Origin: Candidatus Delongbacteria bacterium
GTDB taxonomy: Bacteria; CAIWAD01
Reading direction: 5' to 3'
DNA length: 64,000 nt
Assembly (NCBI GenBank): GCA_963663545.1
Contig: OY760505.1
Location: forward strand, 1,120,001-1,184,000
The position numbers and the translations under genes are program-made. Every line of letters starts with the position of its first letter. Position 1 is the first letter of the stretch. The notes beneath the pieces were generated by a model. That model saw only the letters and a program-made list of their open reading frames with translations. It was not told the DNA's origin and searched no databases. Below are positions 36,303 to 46,999 of this stretch, in pieces.

Positions 36303-38825
36303 CTATTCTTCCTCGTCCTTCACTCGACCTTCGCGCTTAAGCTCACGGTACCAGTCTGGATGGTGATACTTGGCCCACAACCGCGAGACCATGCCGTGTA
36401 CCAGAATCTGCCAGGTGCCCGGGTTGGCAATGGTGCCCAGATAAGCGTGCGCCACTACACCGGCAATCAGGACGAATGCGGTCACGTTGTGAATGGTGTC
36501 CGTCAAGCACACGGTCGGCAGGCTCATGCCTTCTTTGAATACGAGCATGAATCCACTGACAATCAGGACTCCACCCAGAACCACAGTTAGCCAGTAGAAG
36601 ATCTTCTGCCCAGCATTGAAGCGTCCGGCAGGGACTTCGCCCTTGTAGCCCAGGTAGCCGCCCAGCTTTTTGAACCAGTCCTTATCGTGCGCGGCAAATA
36701 GTGCATCACGGAACCAGAGCATAGTACCCCACAGAGTGGTGAGCGTGAACACGACGCCCGCGCCGATGTGGAACTGCAGAGCCTGCTCGTAGGATGAGAA
36801 GAAGAGCTCCAGCCAGTTGGTCGCGCTGAAAGCAAAGATCAGTCCGGTCATGGCCAGCAGCAGGAAGGAGACCAGACGGAAGAGATGCACGAGGCGTTCT
36901 GCCACGCTGAAGCGTTTGACTTCGCCCGCCGCATACGCCAGTTCGTGATGCTTCGGCCCCTGGGCGTGGTAGTGCAAAATGATGAAGAACAGCACAACCA
37001 TGAACAGCAAACCGAGCATGGGCGACATCAGCCGTTGATGGAAACTGTTGACGGAGAAAATCCATGGGTTGCAGCCAAGCAGACGGCCAATACGCTCCTG
37101 CACAGGCTTGCCGTCCGTGCCGTAAAGATCCACGGTATAGAAGCCCTTGAAGAAATGCGCCTCGGGGCTATGGCAGTCCTGGCAGCCGTTTGCACCAAGC
37201 GCTTGTGGTGCCGGTGCCACATTATGGTTGATGGAAAAACTGTGGGAATGCGCCATTGGGTGATGCTCATGCACCAGCTCACCGGCCTCGTTGATCTCCC
37301 AGGCGTAACCACCTTTCATCAGCATGGGGTGCACGGCGCTGAAGCGTTTGTTGCCTTGCAAGGTTTGCGCGTAGGTTTCAAGCGCCAGACGGATTTCAGC
37401 CTCGGTGTTGATCTCAAGTTGGCCGTCGCCGTTATCATCGCTGAGCTGCCCCTTGTAAATCTCGTAGCCCTTCTTGTTCTCACGGGCAAAGAGCGGCAGG
37501 ATGGTTCCGTCTGCATCACGGTTGGCAAAGTACACGGCCAGAATGGGATTCATAGGATAAACCTTGCCGTCCTCGCGCCGCTCGTACTGGGGCTCCCACT
37601 CAGCCAATTCGCCAAACTTCTTGTAGCCAGGCGGCTGGGTGATGTACTCCAGCTTTCCCGATGAAGCCTCAAATCCCATGCCCGCACTGCGGTTGAGGTG
37701 TGGAATGTGACACGCTTCGCAACTCAGATTGCGAATGTGCGAAGGCCGAAGCCCGGCATGTCGCGGCACGGTGGCGCCCAGTGTGCCGGACTCGTGGCAC
37801 TGCTGGCAGGTCATCATGGTGTTGTCCAGATCATCGCGCACGGTGCCGATGTTCTCATCGCCCTTGGCAATCTGGTGATCCAGACCCGCCGGGTGACACG
37901 CCACGCAATTCAGACCTTGCTGATTGTGCACATCTGGATTGTGGATATCGTTCCACGAGAAGCCGCGCTTCTTCACATCGGACTGGCTGTGGCAGAAGGT
38001 GCAGTTTTCATCCGGGGGAGGCCACGAAAGGTTGAGTGCCACCGTGCCATCCGCGTTGAAAAAACGCTGGTTGTACTGCACGACGGGTGTATCACCGTCG
38101 CCGACTGCGCCTTTCACCAGACCAATGCCAGAGCCTTCAACAGCGGCCCAGCGGAAGTTCTCTTTTTTGAATTGAATGGTGCGGCTCTTGAAGTCATACT
38201 CGGGCAGGTGACACACAAAGCAGTCGGCCTCAACCACGCCACTACGGTCCCAGTTGGTGTGGAAGTAATCGCCGTCAAAGGTGCTGCTTAGCTCGGGATT
38301 TGCCGCCAGAGTGTGATCGTAACGTTGGCCATCGCGATCAAATTCAATTCCGCCGCCACCGGGGTGACAGGAACCGCAAGTAGGCTTGCCCGCCATCGGC
38401 CCGCCAAGGGAGCTTCTGCCGCCCTTGCCGCCGCTGACGAACTCGAAGGGAGTCATGTCAATCTGGTCTGCGTTTTCGTTGTGCTTTCTCGCCAACTGGC
38501 GAAAAGAAGGGGGTCACCACTTTCCCAGCATGCCGTCCGACAACACCCAGGGCTGTTTGCGCGCCTGCGCAAAGTCGTCGCGTATCACCTCCCAGCCCTG
38601 CTGGAAATGGTAACCGCTGGTGATGGTTTTGTAGTCATGGCAGTGTCCGCAAGTCTGCTTCATGCTGAAGGGAACCGTTGCGTTCTCGCCATTGACCGGG
38701 TTGATGATGGCGCCCGTCTCATCCCGCAAATAAAAATCCGGGCAGCCTGCCGCCTTGGTCCAACCCGCAGTCGCTGATAGCAGCGTCAGCAGAAGAACCA
38801 GGCGCAGATAGGCGTAGCACCTCAT
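36303..38825 (-). CDS. Octaheme (OTR-like) cytochrome c fused to an FdnI-like cytochrome b; probable selenoprotein (840 aa, UGA at codon 104)
   Basis: ORFs 38514..38825 and 36303..38495 are in frame across one TGA (GMLGKW-TGA-PPSFRQLARK). Signal peptide, 8 CxxCH, C-terminal ERLVH...FHI...GRFNAGQK...IHN...AHAYL, and a SECIS-like hairpin. Confidence 0.82.
38486..38513 (-). promoter_or_regulatory. Bacterial SECIS-like element
   Basis: UGA, then 16 nt, then apical loop AGUU closed by the 8-bp stem UUUUCGCC/GGCGAGAA. G is the second loop base and is followed by U. Confidence 0.72.
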
Positions 38826-38924
38826 AGATGATCCTTTCGTGATACGTGTTTCATACCCATCGATTCGCGTCTACCTGGCGGTAGTAGTAGCGTCCGCAAA
38901 TGCATTCATTTTCGCGGACACTTC

Positions 38925-38953
38925 ATAGTAGCAGGAACGAGCAGCGTGTGCAA
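38925..38953 (-). promoter_or_regulatory. Putative sigma70 promoter TTGCAC-N17-TACTAT for the octaheme gene
   Basis: Near-consensus boxes with a 17-bp spacer about 100 bp upstream of the start. Confidence 0.55.
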
Positions 38954-38984
38954 CGAAAAGGAGACACTACAATAACGTGTATAG

Positions 38985-39007
38985 GAAAGGGCGGGAAAAC
39001 CCGCCCT
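38985..39007 (-). terminator. Intrinsic terminator after hppA
   Basis: AGGGCGGG-TTTT-CCCGCCCT-TTCC on the minus strand. Confidence 0.65.
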
Positions 39008-39031
39008 GTATCACGCATCTGTCGAAAGCGG

Positions 39032-41092
39032 CTAAATCAGTGGTGCAATCACCAGGGAGACTACACTCATCAGCTTGATCAGGATGTTCAGACTGGGGCC
39101 AGCTGTATCCTTGAAAGGATCGCCGACTGTATCACCGGTCACGGCCGCCTTGTGGGCATCGGAGCCCTTACCACCGTAAGCGCCGCCCTCGATGTGCTTC
39201 TTGGCGTTATCCCAGGCACCGCCAGCATTGGACATAAACATGGCCATCAACACACCGGTCACCGTCACGCCAGCCAACACTCCGCCCAGCATCTCCTTGC
39301 TGTGCAGAATGAGACCGAAAAAGACTGGTGTCAGCACCGCCAGCAATCCGGGCAGAATCATCTCGCGGATAGCCGAGGTGGTAGAGATGTCAACGCAGCG
39401 CGCGTACTCCGCCTTGGCCTTGCCTTCCAGCAGACCGGGAATCTCGCGGAACTGGCGTCGCACTTCTTCAATCATGGCATTGGCTGCGCGGCCAACGGCG
39501 TTCATGGCCATGGAGCTGAACAGGAAAGGCAGCATGCCACCAATCAGCAAGCCCGCCATGACCTTGGGCTGTAGTACATCAATGCTCTCAAGCTGTACCG
39601 TTGTTTTGAAGGCGGCGAACAAAGCAAGCGCAGTCAGCGCGGCACTACCAATGGCAAAGCCCTTGCCGATGGCTGCCGTAGTGTTGCCTACTGCGTCCAG
39701 CCTGTCGGTACGCTGACGGACTTCCGGCGGCAACTCGGCCATTTCGGCGAGACCGCCAGCGTTGTCGGCGATGGGTCCGTAGGCGTCCACGGCCAACTGA
39801 ATGCCAGTCGTAGCCAGCATGCCCAACGCGGCAATGGCAATACCATACAAACCAGCAAACTGGAAACTGAGGATGATGGCGACTGCTAAAACAAGGATTG
39901 GTAAAGCGGTTGACTGCATCCCGACACCAAGGCCAGCAATGATATTTGTGGCAGCACCGGTCTGACTGTCATGGGCAATACGCCTGACTGGGCCACGATT
40001 CTCGGCAGTGTAGTACTCTGTAAGCATGCCGATGAGTGTACCCGCAACCAACCCCGCAATGGTGGCCAGGAAAATACCGTTCGCCGAGTAGTCCACGCCA
40101 TCCAGCATGTAGCTGACCGGTGCAAGCGCCTTGATGATGAACCAGGTCGCCACGATCATCAGACCTGCGGCGCCAAAGGTGCCGATGTTCAACGCCGTCT
40201 GCGGATTTCCGCCCTCACGCACTCGCACGAAGAAGGTGCCCAGAATGCTTAGCAGAATACCCGCTGCGGCCAGGGCCAGCGGCAGCGTGACCAGATCCAT
40301 GGGAGTTCCGCCGGTGACAACGGCACCAGCACCAAGGACCATGGCACCCAGAATGGAGCCGACATAGGACTCGAAGAGGTCTGCGCCCATGCCCGCGACG
40401 TCGCCCACATTGTCGCCCACGTTATCAGCAATGGTAGCTGGGTTGCGCGGATCATCCTCGGGAATGCCCGCTTCAACCTTGCCCACCAGGTCGGCGCCGA
40501 CATCAGCAGCTTTGGTGTAAATGCCACCACCCACACGAGCGAATAGCGCGATGGAACTAGCTCCCATAGCGAATCCCGAAAGGATGCGCAACACGGAGTC
40601 CAGCTCGCTTCCACCCGCGGGCAACATGGAGGCAGGCAGATTTTGATACAGCAGGAAAAGCCCGGCCAGGCCGATGATGCCCAGACCGACGACGCACATG
40701 CCCATCACGGCACCACCGCTGAAGGCAACTCCCAGTGCTGCAGCAAGGCTGCTGCGAGCTGCATTTGTAGTACGCATGTTAGCGGCAGTCGCCACACGCA
40801 TCCCAAAGAAACCCGCAAGCGAAGAGCACAACGCGCCCACTACGAAGCTCAACGCAGTCAACTGGGCACCATCTCGCCAGTTTCCAACCACCAGCAAAAT
40901 GGCCACCGCCACCACAAAAATGCTGAGGACTTTGTATTCGCGACCAAGGAAGGCCATAGCACCTTCGCGCACTGCGGCGCCGATTTCGCGCATGTGTTCG
41001 GTTCCGGCATCGAGCCGGTTGATCCAACTGGACTTCCACCACGCAAAGAGCAGCGCCAGAATACCAGCGCCTAGCGCAATCTGGATGGTCAT
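39032..41092 (-). CDS. hppA: Membrane-integral pyrophosphatase, K+-dependent subfamily (Na+ or H+ pumping)
   Basis: [26 protein letters not shown] (Ala marks K+ dependence) and [10 protein letters not shown]. Confidence 0.96.
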   Translation of the reverse strand: MTIQIALGAGILALLFAWWKSSWINRLDAGTEHMREIGAAVREGAMAFLGREYKVLSIFVVAVAILLVVGNWRDGAQLTALSFVVGALCSSLAGFFGMRVATAANMRTTNAARSSLAAALGVAFSGGAVMGMCVVGLGIIGLAGLFLLYQNLPASMLPAGGSELDSVLRILSGFAMGASSIALFARVGGGIYTKAADVGADLVGKVEAGIPEDDPRNPATIADNVGDNVGDVAGMGADLFESYVGSILGAMVLGAGAVVTGGTPMDLVTLPLALAAAGILLSILGTFFVRVREGGNPQTALNIGTFGAAGLMIVATWFIIKALAPVSYMLDGVDYSANGIFLATIAGLVAGTLIGMLTEYYTAENRGPVRRIAHDSQTGAATNIIAGLGVGMQSTALPILVLAVAIILSFQFAGLYGIAIAALGMLATTGIQLAVDAYGPIADNAGGLAEMAELPPEVRQRTDRLDAVGNTTAAIGKGFAIGSAALTALALFAAFKTTVQLESIDVLQPKVMAGLLIGGMLPFLFSSMAMNAVGRAANAMIEEVRRQFREIPGLLEGKAKAEYARCVDISTTSAIREMILPGLLAVLTPVFFGLILHSKEMLGGVLAGVTVTGVLMAMFMSNAGGAWDNAKKHIEGGAYGGKGSDAHKAAVTGDTVGDPFKDTAGPSLNILIKLMSVVSLVIAPLI

Positions 41093-41179
41093 CGTGAACC
41101 TCGTGTTTTGGCCCGCGCGGGGCGGGCGAATCCCGTCTTGCTTTCCGAGGGAAAAAGCTAGCACAATTCAGGACACAGG

Positions 41180-41800
41180 TCAGCCCTGATCGGGTGATGT
41201 ATCACCTTTTTCTTGTGTATCACGGGAAGAGCTGCGATTGTGGCGGTTTTGCGCCGCTGTGACACCTTGATCCAGCCACAATGTGACACCGTCTACGGCG
41301 CGCTCGAGCATCTCTTCTACATGGCTCTGCATTGAAGTGGGCACGGGCGCGAGGACGAAAGACTTCCAACGGCTTGATGGGATCTCATTGCTCGGCGGGC
41401 GAAAACCCATGCGCAATCGCGGAATGCCGGATCCAAGAATTTGCACGATGTGAGACATGCCGTTGTGGTTGCCGCCGGAACCGGAAGCGCGAAAGCGAAG
41501 CTCGCCAAGGGGAAGGTCGAGGTCGTCGAAAGCAACAAGGCAGTCGGCCGGATCGGCCTTGTAATAATGACACATGTCGTGCACGGCCTGACCCGACAGG
41601 TTCATATAGGTTGTCGGTTTGCACAGGAGCAGGTCATGGCCCGCAAGCGTAACACGCGCTTCGAGCCAGGAACCGCGGCCGCTGCGGAAAGCGGTCGCCT
41701 GTTGATTGGCCAGTCGGTCCAGCAACATGAATCCCAGGTTGTGCCACGTGTTCTTGTAGCGCAACCCGGGATTCCCAAGGCCAAACAGGATCTGATTCAC
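41180..41800 (-). CDS. pth: Peptidyl-tRNA hydrolase
   Basis: GLGNPG..Y..T.HNLGF, KPTTYMNLSG, DDLDL and GNHNGM. Confidence 0.96.
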   Translation of the reverse strand: MNQILFGLGNPGLRYKNTWHNLGFMLLDRLANQQATAFRSGRGSWLEARVTLAGHDLLLCKPTTYMNLSGQAVHDMCHYYKADPADCLVAFDDLDLPLGELRFRASGSGGNHNGMSHIVQILGSGIPRLRMGFRPPSNEIPSSRWKSFVLAPVPTSMQSHVEEMLERAVDGVTLWLDQGVTAAQNRHNRSSSRDTQEKGDTSPDQG

Positions 41801-41815
41801 GATCCCGCCAATAGC

Positions 41816-42367
41816 TTACTTGGCGCGAGGCTTGGTGATCTGCATCACCGCAATGTGCGGCGGAGCAATGAAGGTATAAGCCGCCTTCGGCAGATCCTTC
41901 ACCAGCAGATTGCGACCGGCCTCAAGGTTAGTGATATCCACTTCGACGAAGCTCGGAATATCAATGGCCTTGCAGCTGATCTCAAGCTTGGTCACGAGCT
42001 GACGCAGCTGACCACCCTGCTTGACACCAACGGGGTTGCCAATATGCTTGACCGGGATGCGCAGGGTGACCACATCGTCATCCTGGACGGCCAACAGGTC
42101 AACGTGGCGCACTTCTTCGGTGACCGGGTGACGCTGGACCTCGCGAATCACGGCCTTGATGGGCTCCTTGCCCTCAACGGCCAGCATGATCACGCGGGCG
42201 TGGTGCAGAAGCGCCGTATCCAGCTCTTTGGCGTCCACAGCGTGGTGCGTTGTTTCAACTTTGCTCCCGTAGACGACCACGGGAATCATGTTGTCGCGGC
42301 GCAGCGAACGGGACGCGCCTTTGCCGACTTTTTCACGATTGCTTGCTTGCAGCGTCGGGATCGACAT
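41816..42367 (-). CDS. rplY: 50S ribosomal protein L25/Ctc
   Basis: GKGASRSLRR..IPVVVYG, QRHPV and GVKQGG. Confidence 0.96.
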   Translation of the reverse strand: MSIPTLQASNREKVGKGASRSLRRDNMIPVVVYGSKVETTHHAVDAKELDTALLHHARVIMLAVEGKEPIKAVIREVQRHPVTEEVRHVDLLAVQDDDVVTLRIPVKHIGNPVGVKQGGQLRQLVTKLEISCKAIDIPSFVEVDITNLEAGRNLLVKDLPKAAYTFIAPPHIAVMQITKPRAK

Positions 42368-42398
42368 TGTCGGATCTCCTGCTTCGATATCTAGTGTT

Positions 42399-43358
42399 TT
42401 ACTCTCGTTCGTTCAGACTTTCCTGCCGGTCGAAGAGCACGGAAATGGAAGTCTCATCGTGAATCGTCCGGATCGCCTGGGCGAAGATCGGGCCCACGCC
42501 CAGAATCGTCAATCTTTCAAGTCCAAGCTGATCGCGGTTTGGAATTGTATCCGTTACAATCAAGCGTTGGATCGGTGCATCGTTCAAACGGCGAATCGCC
42601 TCGCCGGAAAAGAGCGCGTGGGTGCAAGCACAAGTCACGCTTTTCGCGCCAAGCTTGCCAGCCACCTTGGCAGATTCCACCAGCGTACCAGCGGTATCCA
42701 CCATGTCATCAACAATGATCACGTTGCGTCCAGCAACCTCGCCGATGACATTCATCACCTCGGCCACGTTCGGCTTGGGACGGCGCTTGTCCACAATTGC
42801 CAAATCTGCATGCAGACGCTTGGCGTACCCGCGAGCGCGTCGCACAGAGCCGATGTCCGGTGCGAGCACGGTGACATCATCCAACCCAAGGGCTTCCAGA
42901 TGCGGCACCAGAATAGCACGACCATAAAGATGATCAAAGGGAATGTTGAAGAATCCCTGGATTTGATCACAGTGCATATCCATGGTCAGCACGCGATTGG
43001 CACCGGCCGCTGTCAACAGATCCGCCACTAGTTTGGCCGCAATGGCCACGCGGGGCTGATCTTTTCGATCCTGACGTGCGTACCCGAAATAGGGAATCAC
43101 ACAAGTGATTCGTCGAGCGCTGGCACGTTTGGCAGCGTCCAACATCAGCAACAATTGCATCAGGTTGTCCGCAGGCGGAAGCGTCGATTGCACAAGGAAA
43201 ATATCCTTGCCACGGATATTCTCGTTGAACTTCACCGAGAGCTCTCCATCCGAGAAGCGCTCCAGGCTCACTTTTCCAAGATCAATACCTAATGTCCTGG
43301 CAATCATCGTGGCCAAAGCCACGCTTGTTTCGCCTGCAAAAACGCGGAGATCGTCCAT
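42399..43358 (-). CDS. prs: Ribose-phosphate pyrophosphokinase
   Basis: FSDGE, PYFGYARQDRK and VDDMVDTAGT. Confidence 0.98.
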   Translation of the reverse strand: MDDLRVFAGETSVALATMIARTLGIDLGKVSLERFSDGELSVKFNENIRGKDIFLVQSTLPPADNLMQLLLMLDAAKRASARRITCVIPYFGYARQDRKDQPRVAIAAKLVADLLTAAGANRVLTMDMHCDQIQGFFNIPFDHLYGRAILVPHLEALGLDDVTVLAPDIGSVRRARGYAKRLHADLAIVDKRRPKPNVAEVMNVIGEVAGRNVIIVDDMVDTAGTLVESAKVAGKLGAKSVTCACTHALFSGEAIRRLNDAPIQRLIVTDTIPNRDQLGLERLTILGVGPIFAQAIRTIHDETSISVLFDRQESLNERE

Positions 43359-43460
43359 GTATCACACCTGATGGAACTGCAGAACCGGCACGAGGCCGGT
43401 TCCTGGGTTGCGGCTTGTTGGTGAATGGACTGGATCGGTGCCGGAATCCGACAGATACGA

Positions 43461-43772
43461 TCAGTAGTGCTGGAACTCACCCTCTTCAAAGGGTGCGACT
43501 ACCTGTGTCGCCGGATTTTCACCAGAGGCGCGGAAATACTCATCCAGCACCTTGGTTTCAATGCTTCGACGAAAATCGTTGGATATCGGGTGAGCGATAT
43601 CCCTGTGCGATCCGTCCTCCAGCTTGCGGCTGGGCATGCAGACGAAAAGTCCCTTGTTGCCCTGAATGACCTTCAGGCCCCTCACGACAAAGACATCATC
43701 AAAGGTGATGTTAACAAAGGCTTTCAGTCTGTCTTCTTCGCGGATGTTAATGTTGACCTCGGTGATCTCCAT
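43461..43772 (-). CDS. spoVG: SpoVG family nucleic-acid-binding protein
   Basis: MEITEV...LKAFVNITFDD...GLFVCMPSRK...DIAHPI. Confidence 0.95.
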   Translation of the reverse strand: MEITEVNINIREEDRLKAFVNITFDDVFVVRGLKVIQGNKGLFVCMPSRKLEDGSHRDIAHPISNDFRRSIETKVLDEYFRASGENPATQVVAPFEEGEFQHY

Positions 43773-43825
43773 TGTCCCCCCCAGGCACGTTCATGGTTTC
43801 CTGAAAAAGCCACCTGGCCTCTTCA

Positions 43826-44686
43826 TCACATCGTGCAGGTTCGTATGGTGCAAGGAAACCTGCGGGCAAAGTACTCTTCCGCGCGCAGCACCGATCCTTC
43901 GCTGTCAAAGAATCCGTAAATCGTGGATCCACTGCCGGACATGGAAGCATAGAATGCGCCCTGTTTCAGCAGTTGCTGCTTGATTACGGCAAGCAGCGGG
44001 GCCTCTTGGAATACCACTTCTTCGAACATATTTCCCGGCCACAAAGCCGGATTGGTGGCATCACCAATGAAACCGTGGAAACCCACGAATCTAGCGAATC
44101 CCTCGTGGTCTGTCAAGGTGCGACTAAGCGCGGCGTAAGCCTGAGCCGTGCTGATGGAAAGGTCCGGCCAGATCAACAGAACATGACCTTGGAACACGGG
44201 GGGTACAGGATGCAATACCTCACCTCTTCCCGACACGTGCATCCACTCAGGTGTCAAGAAGTAAAGAACATCGCTACCAATCAGCAAGCATAATTTCCGT
44301 AGCAGCGATGTTTTTAGCGGAAAATCCAATAACTGATTGATCGCGAGTAAACAGGAAGCCGCATCACTTGAGCCGCCGCCCAAACCGGCTCCCGACGGAA
44401 TCCGCTTCTCTAGTAGGATTTTCAGAGGTTGCCTGGCGGCTTTGGGGCTTTCGCAATGAGCGCGCCACGCATCACGCGCCCGTAACACAAGGTTATCAGA
44501 CCCGCTGGGAAGGCTGGCATCGGTGCAATGAAAGCTGTCCTCATCCGCAAGCTCAACCGTCAAGCGATCGTGCAATTCAAGGGGGGCGAAAATAGATTCG
44601 ATGTCATGGAAACCGTCAGGACGACGTCCAGTGATCTGCAAGCCAAGGTTGATTTTGGCTGGCGCTTTCCATTCAACACGTGTCAT
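43826..44686 (-). CDS. ispE: 4-diphosphocytidyl-2-C-methyl-D-erythritol kinase
   Basis: APAKINLGL, KRIPSGAGLGGGSSDAA and MSGSGS. Confidence 0.97.
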   Translation of the reverse strand: MTRVEWKAPAKINLGLQITGRRPDGFHDIESIFAPLELHDRLTVELADEDSFHCTDASLPSGSDNLVLRARDAWRAHCESPKAARQPLKILLEKRIPSGAGLGGGSSDAASCLLAINQLLDFPLKTSLLRKLCLLIGSDVLYFLTPEWMHVSGRGEVLHPVPPVFQGHVLLIWPDLSISTAQAYAALSRTLTDHEGFARFVGFHGFIGDATNPALWPGNMFEEVVFQEAPLLAVIKQQLLKQGAFYASMSGSGSTIYGFFDSEGSVLRAEEYFARRFPCTIRTCTM

Positions 44687-46998
44687 TACGCGCTCGCGTG
44701 ATTACGCGATCGACGCTTGGGATTGCTACGACGGCGTCGATTGCGATCTCCGTAGTAGTAATAGCGATCGTAGTAGTGATAGTAATAGTAGTAGGAGCCG
44801 TAGACGCGCTTCAGATCATAATCATTGAGCACTACTCCCAACAGATGCGCGTCGGCGTGCTTCAGCCTGGAAAGGGCCTCACTCAACTCACGGCGATGAC
44901 TCTTGCCACTGCGTATCACAAGAATAACGCCGTCGACCACGCGCGACAACACCGCAGGATCGGTCACCGGTACTACCGGCGGACTATCCACAATCACGAA
45001 ATCGAATTCTTCACGCGCCCAATCGAGTAGATTGGTCAGGCTCTCTTTGCCCAGTAGCTCGGCCGGATTACTTGGAATCGGCCCGGCAGGCAGGATGAAG
45101 AGATTGGGAATGTCTGTTGCTTGCACTGCAGCGGCGCGGTCCTGATTGCCAGCCAGCACACCGGATAAGCCAATACTGCGATCCAGCGCAAAGTTCTTGT
45201 GCGTAGTCGGTCGCCGCATGTCGGCATCAATTACCAGCACCCGCTTGTCCGCCTGCGCGATGGTGACGGAAAGATTGGCACTGGTCAGGCTCTTGCCTTC
45301 CTGCGTAGTACCCGAAGTCAACATGACAACGGGCGTGCGCTCGCCAACTCCACCCTGCTCAAGTTTCATCATCAGATTGGTTCGTAAACTGCGGTAACCT
45401 TCGCTGATGGGACTCTTGGGACTGAAATGCGTGATCAGCTTACGCCGCACCTTGACCTTCTCTTCTTCGCTCAGCTCATCGCGCTTGCTCAGTTTCAGTG
45501 CCCGGTCCAGTTTGCGCACGTTGATCGTCGGCACACTGCCCAGCAGATTGAGGTGATACGAGCGCAATTCGTCGGGTGTTACAATACTGGCATCAAGCAG
45601 CTTATGCAGGAAAGAAAGCGCCGCGCCCAACAGAAGCCCCAGCACAATTGCGAGAACCAGATTGCGGTGCTTGTTGGGGCTGATGGGATACTCAGGGACT
45701 TCGGCCTCGTCCAGCAGACGCACATTGCCAATCATGCCAGCGGCTACGGCTTTGTTCTCTTCGTACTTCTCCGTAAGCAAACGATACAGACGCTCGTTGA
45801 TTTCAACATCACGCGTGTAGCGCACGTACTCCAGACTCGCCTCGGGCAGCTCCGAAAGACGCTGCTCGAATTGTGTGACAACACCTTGCTGTGCATCATA
45901 GGCCGCCCGCAGGCTGAGGTTCTCCACATCCAACTCAACGATGCGGTCGAAGATCTGTTGCATTGTCCCAAGCGGGTCGGCGGACTTCATCTCTGTGCTG
46001 GAGAGTTTGCGAGTCTCTTCCTTCAGCGCCTCTTTGATACGACGCAGCTCAGATTCGAGCTGTGTCACGTACTGCTCCCAGCCAATCTCTGCACGCGCGC
46101 GCACATTGGCAATCTGTGCCTGCTTGTCGGCGATGTCCTGCGAAAGCTGTTCGATGGTGGCCGTCGATAAATTATCCAGATCGTCGACAAGCGTACTCTG
46201 CCCCTGCGAATACTGCCGCTGCAGATTGTTCAGCGCCGTCTCGTTTGTTCGCAGATTCAGTGCGATCGAGTTGAGCTCGGCTTGGGCTGCCGCACTCTGT
46301 TGCACTATGGTGCTGGTTTCAATGTCCAACGCCGACAACCGACGGCTCTCTTTGAAACTGGCCAACTCGGTCTCGGCATGTTGCAAGCGCACCGCCACAA
46401 GATCCAGCTGCTCCTTTAAAAACGCCGTCAGCTCGGTGTACTCCGCCCGGCTGAACTCCTGGTTCTGCTGGTAGAAAACTTCGGCCACAGCATTGGCAAC
46501 CAGGGCCGCCTCAAATCCGGTGGGCGCCTCGTAACTGATAGCGAGAACATTCGAGTTCTTCTGTTGCCGCACAGCCAGATCTTGCAGCATGCGACGTGCT
46601 GCCTGTTCGGGCGAGAGTAAAACGCCAGTTTCCTTGTCGTGCAGAAGCGACAGTCGCTCTGTGTACTGGCCGCCCGAAAGGCTGTTGACCACCTGCACTG
46701 CCAACTTGCGACTCTCCAGAATCTGCAACTGATCGGCAATGCTGAATGCGGGGGCGCTGCTGCTGCCATCCACCAGCAATCCCGACTCCCAGGGATTATT
46801 GGTTACGACCATGGCCGTAGCCGTTGCGCGATAGATACGCGGCATCTTCGATGTCCAGAACAGTGCGCCAGCGACGCAGACAATCAGAGAGGCCAGGATT
46901 AGCCAACGCCCGCGAAAAAGTATGCGGTAGATGGACATCAGATCTATCTGTGTATCACCATGATCCGGCGATGATCCGGGATAGGGATGCGCAGTCAC
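44686..46998 (-). CDS. Wzc-type polysaccharide co-polymerase / BY tyrosine kinase
   Basis: Two TM helices flanking a coiled coil, EGYRSLRTNL, QEGKS, IDADMRRP, DSPP and a C-terminal Tyr cluster. Confidence 0.93.
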   Translation of the reverse strand: MTAHPYPGSSPDHGDTQIDLMSIYRILFRGRWLILASLIVCVAGALFWTSKMPRIYRATATAMVVTNNPWESGLLVDGSSSAPAFSIADQLQILESRKLAVQVVNSLSGGQYTERLSLLHDKETGVLLSPEQAARRMLQDLAVRQQKNSNVLAISYEAPTGFEAALVANAVAEVFYQQNQEFSRAEYTELTAFLKEQLDLVAVRLQHAETELASFKESRRLSALDIETSTIVQQSAAAQAELNSIALNLRTNETALNNLQRQYSQGQSTLVDDLDNLSTATIEQLSQDIADKQAQIANVRARAEIGWEQYVTQLESELRRIKEALKEETRKLSSTEMKSADPLGTMQQIFDRIVELDVENLSLRAAYDAQQGVVTQFEQRLSELPEASLEYVRYTRDVEINERLYRLLTEKYEENKAVAAGMIGNVRLLDEAEVPEYPISPNKHRNLVLAIVLGLLLGAALSFLHKLLDASIVTPDELRSYHLNLLGSVPTINVRKLDRALKLSKRDELSEEEKVKVRRKLITHFSPKSPISEGYRSLRTNLMMKLEQGGVGERTPVVMLTSGTTQEGKSLTSANLSVTIAQADKRVLVIDADMRRPTTHKNFALDRSIGLSGVLAGNQDRAAAVQATDIPNLFILPAGPIPSNPAELLGKESLTNLLDWAREEFDFVIVDSPPVVPVTDPAVLSRVVDGVILVIRSGKSHRRELSEALSRLKHADAHLLGVVLNDYDLKRVYGSYYYYYHYYDRYYYYGDRNRRRRSNPKRRSRNHASA

Positions 46999-46999
46999 T

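Noticed and set aside
38514..38516. Genome-wide TGA reassignment, or a simple nonsense pseudogene
   Set aside because: TGA ends many intact genes here (res, aceF, pth, spoVG, gcvT, envC). The SECIS-like hairpin and the intact downstream frame favour site-specific recoding, although a nonsense mutation is not formally excluded.
43359..43460. tRNA-Gln, often found upstream of prs
   Set aside because: Only a simple hairpin (GAACCGGC/GCCGGTTC) is present, with no cloverleaf or T-arm.
44740..44800. TAG/TAA-like trinucleotide run
   Set aside because: It encodes the normal C-terminal Tyr cluster of a BY-kinase on the minus strand.
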